Sequence record: MZ574431.2
Length of the DNA stretch: 64,000 nucleotides
Reading direction: 5' to 3' (one strand)
A program made the position numbers and the translations under genes. Below the pieces are notes generated by a model, which worked only from the letters and a program-made list of their open reading frames with translations, was not told the origin of the DNA and ran no database searches. Below, piece after piece: positions 1 through 9,596 of this stretch; within the stretch, counting starts at the first letter, position 1; each line of letters starts with the position of its first letter.

Positions 1-19
1 GAGAGCAGGACGACTTCTG

Positions 20-364
20 ATGCAAGTTCAGCACATCTCCCTCAAGGGCGGCCTGGGCGACGCCCGCAACGAGCAGTTCCAGCGGCTGAGCCCGATGGTC
101 CCCGCCGGCGTCCCCAGTCCCAACCTCCAGGCGATCATCACCAACCTGGAGTCGGGTAAACTCGGCACGCTGCGCGTCCTGGCCGACAAGATCGAGAACG
201 GCGCCGCCACCGAGGACGAAGCCGAACTCGACGCCCTCTACGATGGTCTGCCGCTGCTGGTGGCCTATGTCGAGGACCTGATCGGCATGTGCCTGCGCCG
301 CGAGGAAGCCCTGGCCGAGTGCGACGTGCGCGTCGGTCGCCCGATCACCGATGACGAGGTCTAG
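20..364 (+). CDS. hypothetical phage protein
   Basis: + strand chain, GC3-rich codons; no motif recognised. Confidence 0.75.
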   Translation: MQVQHISLKGGLGDARNEQFQRLSPMVPAGVPSPNLQAIITNLESGKLGTLRVLADKIENGAATEDEAELDALYDGLPLLVAYVEDLIGMCLRREEALAECDVRVGRPITDDEV

Positions 365-367
365 TCT

Positions 368-691
368 GTGAACGAGGACGTTGCCGAGCAGCGCCTGAGC
401 GAGTGGGGCGCTTACGATGCGCGGCGAGGGCGTAGCCCCTCGCAGGATCATCCCGCGTATCGCGAGGCTTATGAGCGCGCCGCGCATCAAGCCTTCGCCA
501 ATCTCGACCCGTGCCCTTTCTGCCGTAAGCCGCTGCACATCATCGGCACGGAAAGCCAGGACCTCACGGTCATTCAGTGCATGACCAAGACCTGTCCCGG
601 TGACGTTCGGATCGCCCTGACTGACCCTGACAAGCACAAGCGCTGGGTGCTTCTGGCCCACGGCTGGAACAACCAGGACACGGTGGCATGA
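368..691 (+). CDS. Zn-finger protein, Lar (restriction alleviation)-like
   Basis: LDPCPFCRKP...IQCMTKTC resembles LxPCPFCG Lar-type zinc ribbon. Confidence 0.45.
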   Translation: MNEDVAEQRLSEWGAYDARRGRSPSQDHPAYREAYERAAHQAFANLDPCPFCRKPLHIIGTESQDLTVIQCMTKTCPGDVRIALTDPDKHKRWVLLAHGWNNQDTVA

Positions 692-987
692 TCGACGAGA
701 CCGACATCGTCTACCGCCTGCGCAAGCGGGCCGAAATCCGCCGCCAGATACCGGGACGCAAGTCGGTCCAGGAGGGCAAGCCCGATCGCATGGCCGACCT
801 CCTCGACGAGGCGGCCGACGAGATCATGCGCTTCCGGCGTCTGGACTTTGAGGAACGGTGTCGCCAGTGGCTCGCCAATGGGGGCGCAGAAGAGTTGGCC
901 AAGGCGCTGGCCCGCGCCAAGCAGACGAGCGACGAGTTCGCCCGTTCGACCGCTGTGAGGCCCGAGACGCTGCACGAACGCTACTAG
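688..987 (+). CDS. hypothetical phage protein
   Basis: ATGA overlap, GC3-rich codons. Confidence 0.8.
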   Translation: MIDETDIVYRLRKRAEIRRQIPGRKSVQEGKPDRMADLLDEAADEIMRFRRLDFEERCRQWLANGGAEELAKALARAKQTSDEFARSTAVRPETLHERY

Positions 988-999
988 GGGAGGCACGAC

Positions 1000-1329
1000 A
1001 TGAGCACTGAGGACCTGGGTGGCCCGGCCGTCTACATCGACCAGATGGACCCCAACAATCGCTGGTACGATCCCAAGCTGGCGAAGGACGTCTCGGCTGT
1101 GGACCTGGGGCGATGGCCTGTCGACCTGACGCAGTGGCGGGAATGGAACCGCAACAGCGCCTTTGAGCCGGGGCGCTATGGCTATCAGCGCAAGGCGGCC
1201 GACGAGCGCAGCGAGACGGGGCGGCGCCGCGTCGATGAAACGCTGTTCAACAAGGCCTGCTACTATGCCGCCATGGCCACCTATATCGTGGCGATCACCG
1301 CCGTCCTGATGCTGGTGTTCCGCGCGTAA
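1000..1329 (+). CDS. hypothetical protein, C-terminal TM helix
   Basis: RBS GGAGG; hydrophobic C-terminus YIVAITAVLMLVF. Confidence 0.75.
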   Translation: MSTEDLGGPAVYIDQMDPNNRWYDPKLAKDVSAVDLGRWPVDLTQWREWNRNSAFEPGRYGYQRKAADERSETGRRRVDETLFNKACYYAAMATYIVAITAVLMLVFRA

Positions 1330-1366
1330 GAAAGCTGTTGACAGGCCATGTAGGCTCCTCTATCAC
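1328..1366 (+). promoter_or_regulatory. sigma70-type promoter, left-arm class
   Basis: AAGAAAGCTG-TTGACA(1338)-N17-TATCAC. Confidence 0.75.
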
Positions 1367-1398
1367 CGTGACAACGCAAGCGACACGAGGAGCCCGAG

Positions 1399-2094
1399 GT
1401 GAAGCAAGGACCGCAGGAACGAGACTATCACGAGGCGATCGTCGAACTGAGCGACGTCAGTATCGTGGAAGGTCTGGAGACCCTGCTGGAGCGGCTGCGC
1501 GCCAAAGGCCAGTTCGAGGTCGCCGCCTGGGTCAACGCCGCTGCTTGGCGCATGCGCTGCCTGCGCACCACCGACCCCACGCCCGAGGACGACGACGACC
1601 AGCCTGATCTGGCGGCCCTGGAGCACATCAAGGGTCGCGGCGGCCTGCTGGATGACAGCGAGCCCCTGCCGATCCTGGACAGCTATGTCCACACCCGTCG
1701 CAAGACGATGCCCGACACCTTGCGCCCCTGGTACATCGTCATGGTCTACACGACCGACGGCCGCGTGATCGGCCCGATCGAGGCCAAGGATGTCGACTGG
1801 GCCGATAATGTCGGAGGCTACCGCCTGGGCTGGGCGCGCAAGGCCATCCAGTTCGACGCGGCCGATCAGGCCCACATCGCCGCCGCCGCCATTGGCCGTG
1901 TCGAGGTCGACGTCGACTACTATCTCGACCAGATGATCGACGCGCCGCTCTGGCTGTGGAAGGCCCACGCCCTCGACTACGGCATGGACCCCTGGCAGTT
2001 CTTCATGGACCTGCCGGTCGAGCCCGAGGACGTCAAGGAGCGCGGGCTGCGCATCTTCGTCCAAATCAAGAACATGCCGCACAAGGACAAGTAG
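1399..2094 (+). CDS. hypothetical phage protein
   Basis: RBS GAGGAG, downstream of promoter, GC3-rich codons. Confidence 0.8.
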   Translation: MKQGPQERDYHEAIVELSDVSIVEGLETLLERLRAKGQFEVAAWVNAAAWRMRCLRTTDPTPEDDDDQPDLAALEHIKGRGGLLDDSEPLPILDSYVHTRRKTMPDTLRPWYIVMVYTTDGRVIGPIEAKDVDWADNVGGYRLGWARKAIQFDAADQAHIAAAAIGRVEVDVDYYLDQMIDAPLWLWKAHALDYGMDPWQFFMDLPVEPEDVKERGLRIFVQIKNMPHKDK

Positions 2095-2095
2095 G

Positions 2096-2512
2096 ATGCA
2101 AGACACGCTCTCTGGTCTCGTCGGCGCCATCCTGGCCCTCACCCTCGCCGCCGGCGTCTGGTGGATGACCCGCCGCGCCACCGCCAAGGAAGAGGCCAAG
2201 TTCGCGCTGGACATCGACAGTGACGGACAGGTCAACGTCTATTCCCTGGCCATCTTCATCGGCAACGTGCGGGCCAAGTTCCTGGTCGATCCGATCCAGC
2301 CGGCCAATAGCTGGATCGTCACCGGCTATGAGCCGGAGTACAAGCGCCGCCTGACGGCTGTCGCCTCGACGCTGCGCGTGTCGGTCCCGACCGTGAACGC
2401 GTACATCCGCAGCGAGGACGGCGACCTGATGGCCGCCACCTTGCTCCTGGTCGAAAGCCTCAAGGCCCAGGAAGAGATCGACCAGCAGATGGCGGAGACG
2501 GTTCATGCCTGA
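2096..2512 (+). CDS. membrane-anchored hypothetical protein
   Basis: N-terminal TM LVGAILALTLAAGVWW. Confidence 0.8.
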   Translation: MQDTLSGLVGAILALTLAAGVWWMTRRATAKEEAKFALDIDSDGQVNVYSLAIFIGNVRAKFLVDPIQPANSWIVTGYEPEYKRRLTAVASTLRVSVPTVNAYIRSEDGDLMAATLLLVESLKAQEEIDQQMAETVHA

Positions 2513-2927
2513 GCAGATCGCCCTCTGGGCGCCTTGGGATCGTCCCCGCTTCCACAAGAAGGACCTGGACGCGGCCGTCTATGTCGGCGCTGGCGGTGAT
2601 GCCTGGAAGGGCCATCGCTTCGCCAAGGAGCCCAAGCTTGCTACGTGCAAGCCCTACGGCGGTGACTGCCTGGGCGATGGCTGCCGCGCCTGGATGCCGC
2701 TGCCCTCGCCGGCCAAGTGCCAGGAGGGCACCTGTGGCCTCTCGCGCCGGGAGCAGCCCATCCACCTGCGCGAGGCCAAGCGCCGCGTGTCCCAGAACAT
2801 TCACGTCGGCAACGAAGCCGCCAGCCTGGGTTGGGCGCGCTCGGCGCAGATCGCCTATCAGCGGGCCTGGGCCTATGCCCTGCTCGTGGAGACCATGATC
2901 GAGGAACAGGAGAAGCAGGCCGCATGA
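2505..2927 (+). CDS. Cys-rich hypothetical protein
   Basis: overlapping start, several Cys, GC3-rich codons. Confidence 0.7.
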   Translation: MPEQIALWAPWDRPRFHKKDLDAAVYVGAGGDAWKGHRFAKEPKLATCKPYGGDCLGDGCRAWMPLPSPAKCQEGTCGLSRREQPIHLREAKRRVSQNIHVGNEAASLGWARSAQIAYQRAWAYALLVETMIEEQEKQAA

Positions 2928-3130
2928 CGCCCGAACAGCAGATCGCCGAGGCCGGCAAGCGCTACCTCTACTTCAAGAACTGGAAGACCCAGGAGATCGC
3001 GCCCCACCCCATCGACGTCACCCATCGCTCCGATCGCGAGATCGAGCAGATCAAGGGCGGCATGGGCATCAACATCGGCATGGACTGGTTCATCGGTGAC
3101 ACCTTCTACGACCGCGAGGGCAGGTCGTGA
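2924..3130 (+). CDS. hypothetical protein (MTPEQQ...)
   Basis: ATGA overlap; internal start of ORF-track 2717..3130. Confidence 0.75.
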   Translation: MTPEQQIAEAGKRYLYFKNWKTQEIAPHPIDVTHRSDREIEQIKGGMGINIGMDWFIGDTFYDREGRS

Positions 3131-3441
3131 CGCGGCTGACGCAGGCGCAGCGCCGCATCGTCTCCCAGGCCCTGGATCATCCGCTGAACCTCGCTGAGCC
3201 CCACCATTCGTGGAATGGGCTACGCCGCGCCAATTGGCATACGACGATGAGCCGGCTCGTCGCCGAGGACGTGTTCAGGCCCTACGCCCACGGCGGCTAC
3301 GAACTGACCGAAAAGGGCAAGGCTTTCGGTCGTCCGCCGATCATCCCGGTGGATCAGGCGCAGGTCGAGCGCACGGGTAAGGCCATTCAAAAATCCTTGG
3401 CCGAACCCTTCGTCATCCCGAGAAAGTCCTATCTGCGGTGA
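3127..3441 (+). CDS. hypothetical protein, possible winged helix
   Basis: GTGA overlap; GGYELTEKG wing-like motif. Confidence 0.7.
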   Translation: MTRLTQAQRRIVSQALDHPLNLAEPHHSWNGLRRANWHTTMSRLVAEDVFRPYAHGGYELTEKGKAFGRPPIIPVDQAQVERTGKAIQKSLAEPFVIPRKSYLR

Positions 3442-3623
3442 CCACCGACCAACGCCGTCTTCTCAAATACCGGCGCAAGAAAGCGGTTGCCTTTCGCTCT
3501 GGCAACGCTAAGCTGAGCAAATACCTGACCCTCTACTGGCGCTACCACTGGAAGGTCTACGGTCCACCCATTCACCTCTGGGGCACGCCCGTGGCGGCGC
3601 CGCAGAAAGGAGCCAAGCGATGA
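3438..3623 (+). CDS. small basic hypothetical protein
   Basis: GTGA/ATGA overlaps on both sides. Confidence 0.6.
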   Translation: MTTDQRRLLKYRRKKAVAFRSGNAKLSKYLTLYWRYHWKVYGPPIHLWGTPVAAPQKGAKR

Positions 3624-3874
3624 CACCGGCGATGGCCGCCCTGCTTAAGCGCCTGATCGAGGCTGATCGCGCGTACCATAGCCGGATCAAGTCCGGCGAG
3701 ATGGCGACCTGGGCTGAGCGCGGCGTCGAGGTCGGCTGGATCAACGGCGTCAACCCGCGCACCGCCCAAGCCTTGGCTGACCTCGACCTGTGTGAACTGG
3801 TCGTGGTCAACGTCCAGGGCCACTGCCACGCCTTCCTGGGCAAGCACTGCCCTTATGACGAGTATCAAGTCTGA
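3620..3874 (+). CDS. hypothetical phage protein
   Basis: coupled chain. Confidence 0.75.
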   Translation: MTPAMAALLKRLIEADRAYHSRIKSGEMATWAERGVEVGWINGVNPRTAQALADLDLCELVVVNVQGHCHAFLGKHCPYDEYQV

Positions 3875-4164
3875 TGCAGGAAACACCCCGCCAGAAGCAC
3901 GTCCGCGAGACCCAGGAACTGGTCGCCCAGGTCATGGCTCTGCGCCAGCTATGCGAGGACCCGCAGGTCAGCATCGTGGACCTGCGCGACGACATCAAGT
4001 TCCTCTGCCACAAGGTCACCTTCGCCCTACTGAAGGCGCCACTGCCGGCCTTCACCCTGGAGGACAGCGGCGACATCTTCGGCATCCTCAACAAGATGCT
4101 CGACGACGAAAACAACGTCGCGCTCAATCGCTCGCCGATCGTGCGCATGGCGCGCGGCTCCTGA
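3874..4164 (+). CDS. hypothetical phage protein
   Basis: TGATG overlap. Confidence 0.8.
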   Translation: MQETPRQKHVRETQELVAQVMALRQLCEDPQVSIVDLRDDIKFLCHKVTFALLKAPLPAFTLEDSGDIFGILNKMLDDENNVALNRSPIVRMARGS

Positions 4165-4556
4165 TGGCCGGCCCGCATCTCTATCGGCTGGCGATCGCCA
4201 CGGCCCTGCACGAGAAGTTCGGCGAGGCTCCCGAGGAGGTCATGGACCTCATCATGGAGACGATCACGCCGATGCTGGCCAAGGACGACGAGGCCATCGC
4301 CGGCATGATCGAGCAGGCGAAGGAGTTGGCGCGAGGGCGCGAGCACCTGCATAGCTACGAGGCCAGGGCCTTCAAGGTCCTGCTCGATCTCTATCACGAC
4401 AAGCCGGGTAGTCGGGAGGCGGTCGAAGCGTTCCTGGAATACGAATACCCGGCCGACTGGCGCAAGGTCGCCCACACCCGCAACTGGAAGCAGCCCGAGT
4501 GCCTGACCGAAGGGGTCCTCGGTCGCTGGCGCCGACACTGGCCCGTAGAGCCGTAA
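4164..4556 (+). CDS. hypothetical protein (MAGPHLY...)
   Basis: TGATG overlap; internal start of ORF-track 3792..4556. Confidence 0.8.
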   Translation: MAGPHLYRLAIATALHEKFGEAPEEVMDLIMETITPMLAKDDEAIAGMIEQAKELARGREHLHSYEARAFKVLLDLYHDKPGSREAVEAFLEYEYPADWRKVAHTRNWKQPECLTEGVLGRWRRHWPVEP

Positions 4557-4564
4557 GGATTTTC

Positions 4565-4849
4565 ATGAACGTCTTCAAGACCGGCAGCGCCTATGAGCGC
4601 AACACCCGCTACGCCCTGACGATCCTGTCGATCGTCGTCTTTGGCATCATCGTCGCCATGATGATGGCGACCTCGCGTCCTCGGATGCCGGCCGGGCCTG
4701 AGACCCCGCGCCTGCGCTCCTCCAGTGTCGACGGCGATGGGCGCAAGCAACTGATCCAGGACCCGCGTTCGGGCTGTGTCTGGCTCTCGACCAGCGAGAA
4801 CGTCTACAAGCTGCGCGGCGGCGTCGAGTGCGAGATTCGTCGCCCATGA
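4565..4849 (+). CDS. membrane-anchored hypothetical protein
   Basis: TM ALTILSIVVFGIIVAMMMA; two Cys in C-terminal part. Confidence 0.75.
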   Translation: MNVFKTGSAYERNTRYALTILSIVVFGIIVAMMMATSRPRMPAGPETPRLRSSSVDGDGRKQLIQDPRSGCVWLSTSENVYKLRGGVECEIRRP

Positions 4850-5649
4850 GCAAGGTCCCTGTCTCCTGGCTGCTGCAAACGCACGCCTTCAACGCCCATG
4901 ACATGGGTCGCATGCTGGTCCACGCCGCCCATCGTGGCTGGCAGGTCCATACCCTCCAGGTGCTCCCCTTCGTTCATCAGCCGATCGGCGAGGTTCCGCG
5001 CATCGACGGGCCGGTGGCGATCTATGGCCTGGGCGCGGCCAAGGCCTCGCGCTTCTATGGCTGGGGACCCGGCGTCTGGGACGACTATGACGCCTTCAGC
5101 TACAAGACCTTCCTCAAGGTGATCCCGGACCTGCTGCTCAACTATGACGCCCTGGTCGTGAAGCTCTCGGAGGTCGCCGACGTCGTCCACAATCTCGATG
5201 AGCCGTTCTTCCTCAAGCCGGCCGGCGAGAACAAGGAGTTCCCCGCCGGCCTGACGACCAGGGACAAGTTCAAGACCTGGATGGAGAAGCTCGCCGAGAT
5301 CGACTATCTGATCGAGGACGGCGCCCGGAACGACATCGACGTCATCGTCGCCATGCCTAAGGACATCGTCAAGGAATGGCGCGTGACCGTGGTCGACGGC
5401 CAGATCGTTTCCTCGACCCTCTACGTGCCCAAGGCGCAGCGGGACCTGCCCGAGGCGGTCGAGGACGTGGTGCGCGAGGCCATCGCGCGCTATGAGCCCG
5501 CGCCGGTCTATGTCATCGACGTGGCTCGCACGATCGAGGGCGATCACCTGATCGTCGAGTACAATAGCTGGAACTCCGCCGGCTTCTATGACGGTGACAT
5601 CGAGGCCATGATGGACGCCATCACCGCCTATATCGAAAGGACTGCCTGA
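4846..5649 (+). CDS. ATP-grasp domain protein (R2K/DUF4343-like)
   Basis: FFLKPAGENKEF, EWRVTVVDGQIVSSTLY, VIDVA...IVEYNSWNSAGFY. Confidence 0.8.
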   Translation: MSKVPVSWLLQTHAFNAHDMGRMLVHAAHRGWQVHTLQVLPFVHQPIGEVPRIDGPVAIYGLGAAKASRFYGWGPGVWDDYDAFSYKTFLKVIPDLLLNYDALVVKLSEVADVVHNLDEPFFLKPAGENKEFPAGLTTRDKFKTWMEKLAEIDYLIEDGARNDIDVIVAMPKDIVKEWRVTVVDGQIVSSTLYVPKAQRDLPEAVEDVVREAIARYEPAPVYVIDVARTIEGDHLIVEYNSWNSAGFYDGDIEAMMDAITAYIERTA

Positions 5650-6266
5650 TGGCGCGCTACGCCTCGCGGCCCTGGCAGAAGGGCGACCCCGTGCCCGAGG
5701 CCGGCGACGTCGTTCTCATCTCGGGCGTCCATGGCGACATCACCAGCGACCAGGATCGCGGCTACCGCGAGCGCAAGGTGCTGACCGTCACCGATGACCA
5801 GGAGTTCATCGTCCTGCAAACTCCCGGCTGCTGGCCTACCGTCGAGCGCCTGGAGAACTGCTGGTTCGCCGATCGGCGCTGGCCGGCGGTTGAGCGCCTG
5901 TGCGATCTTTTCGACGCGGCGCCCTGCGGATCGCCAGCGCTGGACGTCGAGGTCTGGGGCCTGTGCTGCGCCAAGCCGATGTCGCCAGCGCCGCACAAGG
6001 CCGGCGTCAAACCGCCCGCCTTCACCACCGACATCAATGCCGCCTTCTGGCTCCTCTGCTACCTCTTCCCCGGCCATGACGCCGGCAGCGTCCGTAGCGA
6101 GATCACCCGCGAGGCGCTGGATGAGGCCGAGAACGCCTTCTACACCTCCAAGGAGGACGTCGAGCCATTCGCTGAGCCCTTCACCCGGCGCTTCGCCATG
6201 GAGATCGCCCACGCCTGCGTGCGCAGCCTGATCGAGCGCGCCGACTACCTGCGAGACCGCCCGTGA
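5649..6266 (+). CDS. hypothetical phage protein
   Basis: TGATG overlap, GC3-rich codons. Confidence 0.8.
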   Translation: MARYASRPWQKGDPVPEAGDVVLISGVHGDITSDQDRGYRERKVLTVTDDQEFIVLQTPGCWPTVERLENCWFADRRWPAVERLCDLFDAAPCGSPALDVEVWGLCCAKPMSPAPHKAGVKPPAFTTDINAAFWLLCYLFPGHDAGSVRSEITREALDEAENAFYTSKEDVEPFAEPFTRRFAMEIAHACVRSLIERADYLRDRP

Positions 6267-6718
6267 CCGACCAAGAGCTTCTGGACCTGATCTTCGACCT
6301 GGAGAACGAGCTTGGTAACGATGGACGCCTCAACGCCCTCTTCACCGTCATGCTGTCGGGCTTTGGCCACCGCGCCACGTGGTGCGCGGACATCCGCGTC
6401 TCTTCGACCAATCCGGGCAAGATCGTCTCGACCTACCATAACGAGGGCCGCAAGACGACCTACGGCACCTCCTGGCCGCCGGAATGGACCCGCCGCCCCG
6501 ACTACACCATGGAGGCGTTCAAGGCCCTCTATCCGGGCGCGGTGATGACCGTCACCTTCGACCCGAGCGGTCACGATCCTGACTTCCCCTTGGGGGTCTA
6601 CAGCGCCACGGCCCATGTCGGCGAGACCTACACCTCCTTGGCCAAGACCATGGGCAAGGCCATCTGCGCCGTGCTGGCCGAGACGTTGCGGGGGCACGGT
6701 CCGTGGACGAAGTCGTGA
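6263..6718 (+). CDS. hypothetical phage protein
   Basis: GTGA overlap. Confidence 0.8.
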   Translation: MTDQELLDLIFDLENELGNDGRLNALFTVMLSGFGHRATWCADIRVSSTNPGKIVSTYHNEGRKTTYGTSWPPEWTRRPDYTMEAFKALYPGAVMTVTFDPSGHDPDFPLGVYSATAHVGETYTSLAKTMGKAICAVLAETLRGHGPWTKS

Positions 6719-7095
6719 CCCAAGGCCCCTGGCGCTGCTTCCACTGCGACTTCCTGGCCACGACCACCCAGGAGGCAATCGACCACTTCGGCTACGACGA
6801 GTCTGAAAAGCCCGCCTGCCTCCAGGTGTTGACCGAAACCGAGAAGGCCATCGTCGAGGACCGGCGGATGTGGCGCGGGCGCGCCTTGGAGCTTGAGGAT
6901 CATCTGGAGCAGGCCCACCACGAACTGGCGATGGCCCGCTATGACATCCACCACCACTTCAAGGTCCACACCCTGTCGGAGGCTGGCCACGTCTACGACA
7001 ACCTCAAGGGCGAGGTCCTGGCGCTCAAGGAGCGCGTCAACTGGGTCCCCAAATGGGTCCGCCGTATCTTCACGCCCAAGGGGTACTATCCGTGA
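6715..7095 (+). CDS. Zn-finger/coiled-coil hypothetical protein
   Basis: WRCFHC...PAC followed by heptad-like helix; GTGA overlap. Confidence 0.75.
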   Translation: MTQGPWRCFHCDFLATTTQEAIDHFGYDESEKPACLQVLTETEKAIVEDRRMWRGRALELEDHLEQAHHELAMARYDIHHHFKVHTLSEAGHVYDNLKGEVLALKERVNWVPKWVRRIFTPKGYYP

Positions 7096-7766
7096 CCGAA
7101 CTCGTCTTCGACAACCAGCACCCCACCGACGAGTTCTTCTTCGCTACCGCTGTCGATGAAGGGATCGGCAAGTGGCAGGTCAGCGACGACATGTTCTACG
7201 GCTACGAGGTTGGCTTCCAGCGTCTGCCCGAGGACAAGGAGAAGGCCGAGGCCGACTACGCGGCCTACTATGAGGCGCACGTCAAGGGCAACGACAAGCG
7301 CCCCAAGGCGGTGACCGCCCACTGGTTCGAGCTTGCCTCCTGGGTGCGCAGCCAGTCGTTCCTGCGCGCCAATGCCGACTTCACCTTCGAGTTGATCGAC
7401 TTCCTGCGCAGCCTCGACCTGGAAGGCGACTGCGCCGAGACCCTCTCCACACGCATGAAGGCGCAAAAGCCGTCGATCTGGCCCGGCGCGCCGGAGGGCT
7501 GGGCGCAGTTCACCCAGGAGTTCAAGTACACCGCGCCCGGTAAGCGCCACCTGTCGGTGATCCTCAACGATGGCCTGATCCGGGTCTACTATACCGAGCC
7601 CTTCAAACATCAGCGCCAGATCATGCGCCTCCAGACCGAGTCCGACGCCTTCCGCACTCACTTCCATCCGCGCATGAACGTCAGGCTCGCGGCCTGCCGA
7701 TTCATCGTCAAGATGATCATCCCGGCCATGGACAACGGTCACGTCTTCAGCAAACCCAAGCTCTAG
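7092..7766 (+). CDS. hypothetical phage protein
   Basis: GTGA overlap, GC3-rich codons. Confidence 0.8.
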   Translation: MTELVFDNQHPTDEFFFATAVDEGIGKWQVSDDMFYGYEVGFQRLPEDKEKAEADYAAYYEAHVKGNDKRPKAVTAHWFELASWVRSQSFLRANADFTFELIDFLRSLDLEGDCAETLSTRMKAQKPSIWPGAPEGWAQFTQEFKYTAPGKRHLSVILNDGLIRVYYTEPFKHQRQIMRLQTESDAFRTHFHPRMNVRLAACRFIVKMIIPAMDNGHVFSKPKL

Positions 7767-7834
7767 CTTCATGACGCGGTTGACGGCGCCGTGTCATCCT
7801 GCGATGAATGGCGTCAACTTCCACGAGGGACCCT

Positions 7835-8578
7835 ATGAGCGACACGTTCAAGAAGTATGACGGCGTCGTCGATCGCCTGAGCAAGAAGATCGGCTACTCC
7901 CAGTCCCGTGTGCCAGGGTTCATCATCGGCCTGTCGGGCACCGACTCGATCGTGGCGTTCGACGCCCTCTATAGCGCCATGCAGAACCACTGGCGCGAGG
8001 AACGCATGCTGGGCATCCACTATGTGGATCGCGTCGACAAGTCCAACGGCAGCTTCGACACCATCGCCATTCCCTGGATGCGCGAGAAGTACCCCAAGGC
8101 CACGTTCCTGGTCGCCGAACCGCTTGGCGGCAACCATGACCAGCAGCGCTGGGCTGACCTTCACTCCCGCGCCCTGCACACCTTCCATGCTGACGGCGGT
8201 CGTTCGCCGCTGCCGCCCGAGGAGACCTACTGGATCGCCGGCGCCATGAACGCCACCGAGGCGGCCCTGGGCAAGTACACCATCCTGGCCAACGCCGTCT
8301 CGATCCAGCCGATCCGCTCGCTGTGGAAGGCCGAGGTCCTGGAGATCAGCGAAAAGCTGGGCGTGCCAGCCAAGATCATCGCCAACTCCCGTATCCCCGA
8401 CTGCCTCTGCGGCCGGGACGATCTGGCCGCCGAGAACATCGAGTTGATCGACGACATCCTGCGCGCCCGGTACGATCCGACCCAGCACGACGTGGTCCTG
8501 CTCAAGAAGCTGCTGGAGTACGTGCGCATCAACCAGGAAGACAACGGCTTCCGCACCCGCATCCCGTACCGAGTCTGA
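7835..8578 (+). CDS. NadE-like PP-loop ATP pyrophosphatase (divergent NAD synthetase fold)
   Basis: GFIIGLSGTDS (SGGxDS-like), NATEAALGKY, PIRSLWKAEV..SEKLGVP. Confidence 0.7.
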   Translation: MSDTFKKYDGVVDRLSKKIGYSQSRVPGFIIGLSGTDSIVAFDALYSAMQNHWREERMLGIHYVDRVDKSNGSFDTIAIPWMREKYPKATFLVAEPLGGNHDQQRWADLHSRALHTFHADGGRSPLPPEETYWIAGAMNATEAALGKYTILANAVSIQPIRSLWKAEVLEISEKLGVPAKIIANSRIPDCLCGRDDLAAENIELIDDILRARYDPTQHDVVLLKKLLEYVRINQEDNGFRTRIPYRV

Positions 8579-8579
8579 C

Positions 8580-8912
8580 ATGAACGCCTTCGACTTCGAG
8601 GCCGCCGGCCTTTCCTACGAAGCCAAGTCCGCCAACAAGGTCTGGCAGGCGCCAGCCTTCGTTGGCGGAAAGACCTCCATGCGTCCGACGACCATCCAAC
8701 TCAGCGGCAACAAGCTCGCCGCCCTGGACCGGCTGGTTGCCTGGGTGAAGGCCGACCAAGAGCGCTCGCGCAAGCAGTTCGCCGCCCGGCGCCAGCGTGC
8801 TTACGAAACCAGGGGCCATCGCGACATCGGCGATCGCGGTCCGCTACGCCGCGTGGCGCGCCTGAGCCGGCAGGCTCATCAACTGCGCCGCAGGTTCCTG
8901 ACCGGTGCCTGA
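8580..8912 (+). CDS. hypothetical phage protein
   Basis: coupled chain. Confidence 0.7.
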   Translation: MNAFDFEAAGLSYEAKSANKVWQAPAFVGGKTSMRPTTIQLSGNKLAALDRLVAWVKADQERSRKQFAARRQRAYETRGHRDIGDRGPLRRVARLSRQAHQLRRRFLTGA

Positions 8913-9168
8913 CCATCGCTTCATCGTCCTGACGCCGCTTGTTAAAAAGGTCCGCGAGAAGTCAGACCTCAAGTCCGTGCGCAAGGCTGACTGGTTCCGC
9001 GTCTTCGAAGGCATCGAGCGCCTCAAGGACGCCGAGACCATCGATTACGAGGCCGCCGGGCTTGCGATCAAGGCCCTGCTCTTGCACCTGCCGGTGTCGG
9101 ACGTGGGCGGCAAACAACTCCGCGCCGACGCCTATCGTCGTCTCGTCTACCTGGAGAGTGTGCTTTGA
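8905..9168 (+). CDS. hypothetical phage protein
   Basis: coupled chain. Confidence 0.75.
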   Translation: MPDHRFIVLTPLVKKVREKSDLKSVRKADWFRVFEGIERLKDAETIDYEAAGLAIKALLLHLPVSDVGGKQLRADAYRRLVYLESVL

Positions 9169-9596
9169 GCATCACCGCCATCATCAACAAGACCGCCATC
9201 CGCTCGGCGATCACCAGCATCGAGATCGTCGCCAAGCGCGCCACCAACGTCGACGACATCGTCGACAAGATCATGGCCGAGATCAGGGTCGCCGAGGAGG
9301 CCGCCGCCACCGCTGCTGACTTTGGCCTGCCCGTCCAGGTCATGGCGGCGTTCGCCGACGCCGGCCTGCCGATCACCGAGGTCGAGAAAAACACGACCTA
9401 CGAGGGCCGCTGGGAGGTCAACGTCCGCGCCGGCAAGAGCGAGCCGCTGGTCTATCTGGCCCGGTCGGTCGACGGCCGCTGGTTCATCAACGAGCACGGC
9501 AGCATTGGCGCCACGGCGCTGCACTATCTGATCGAGCGACTCAATGCCGTGTCGCCCGACATCGAACTTCCATCCAATCGGAGTAAGCGATTTTGA
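9165..9596 (+). CDS. hypothetical protein, paralogue of 9593..9997
   Basis: AFADAGLPITEVE vs AFDELGWPVSDVE. Confidence 0.75.
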   Translation: MSITAIINKTAIRSAITSIEIVAKRATNVDDIVDKIMAEIRVAEEAAATAADFGLPVQVMAAFADAGLPITEVEKNTTYEGRWEVNVRAGKSEPLVYLARSVDGRWFINEHGSIGATALHYLIERLNAVSPDIELPSNRSKRF

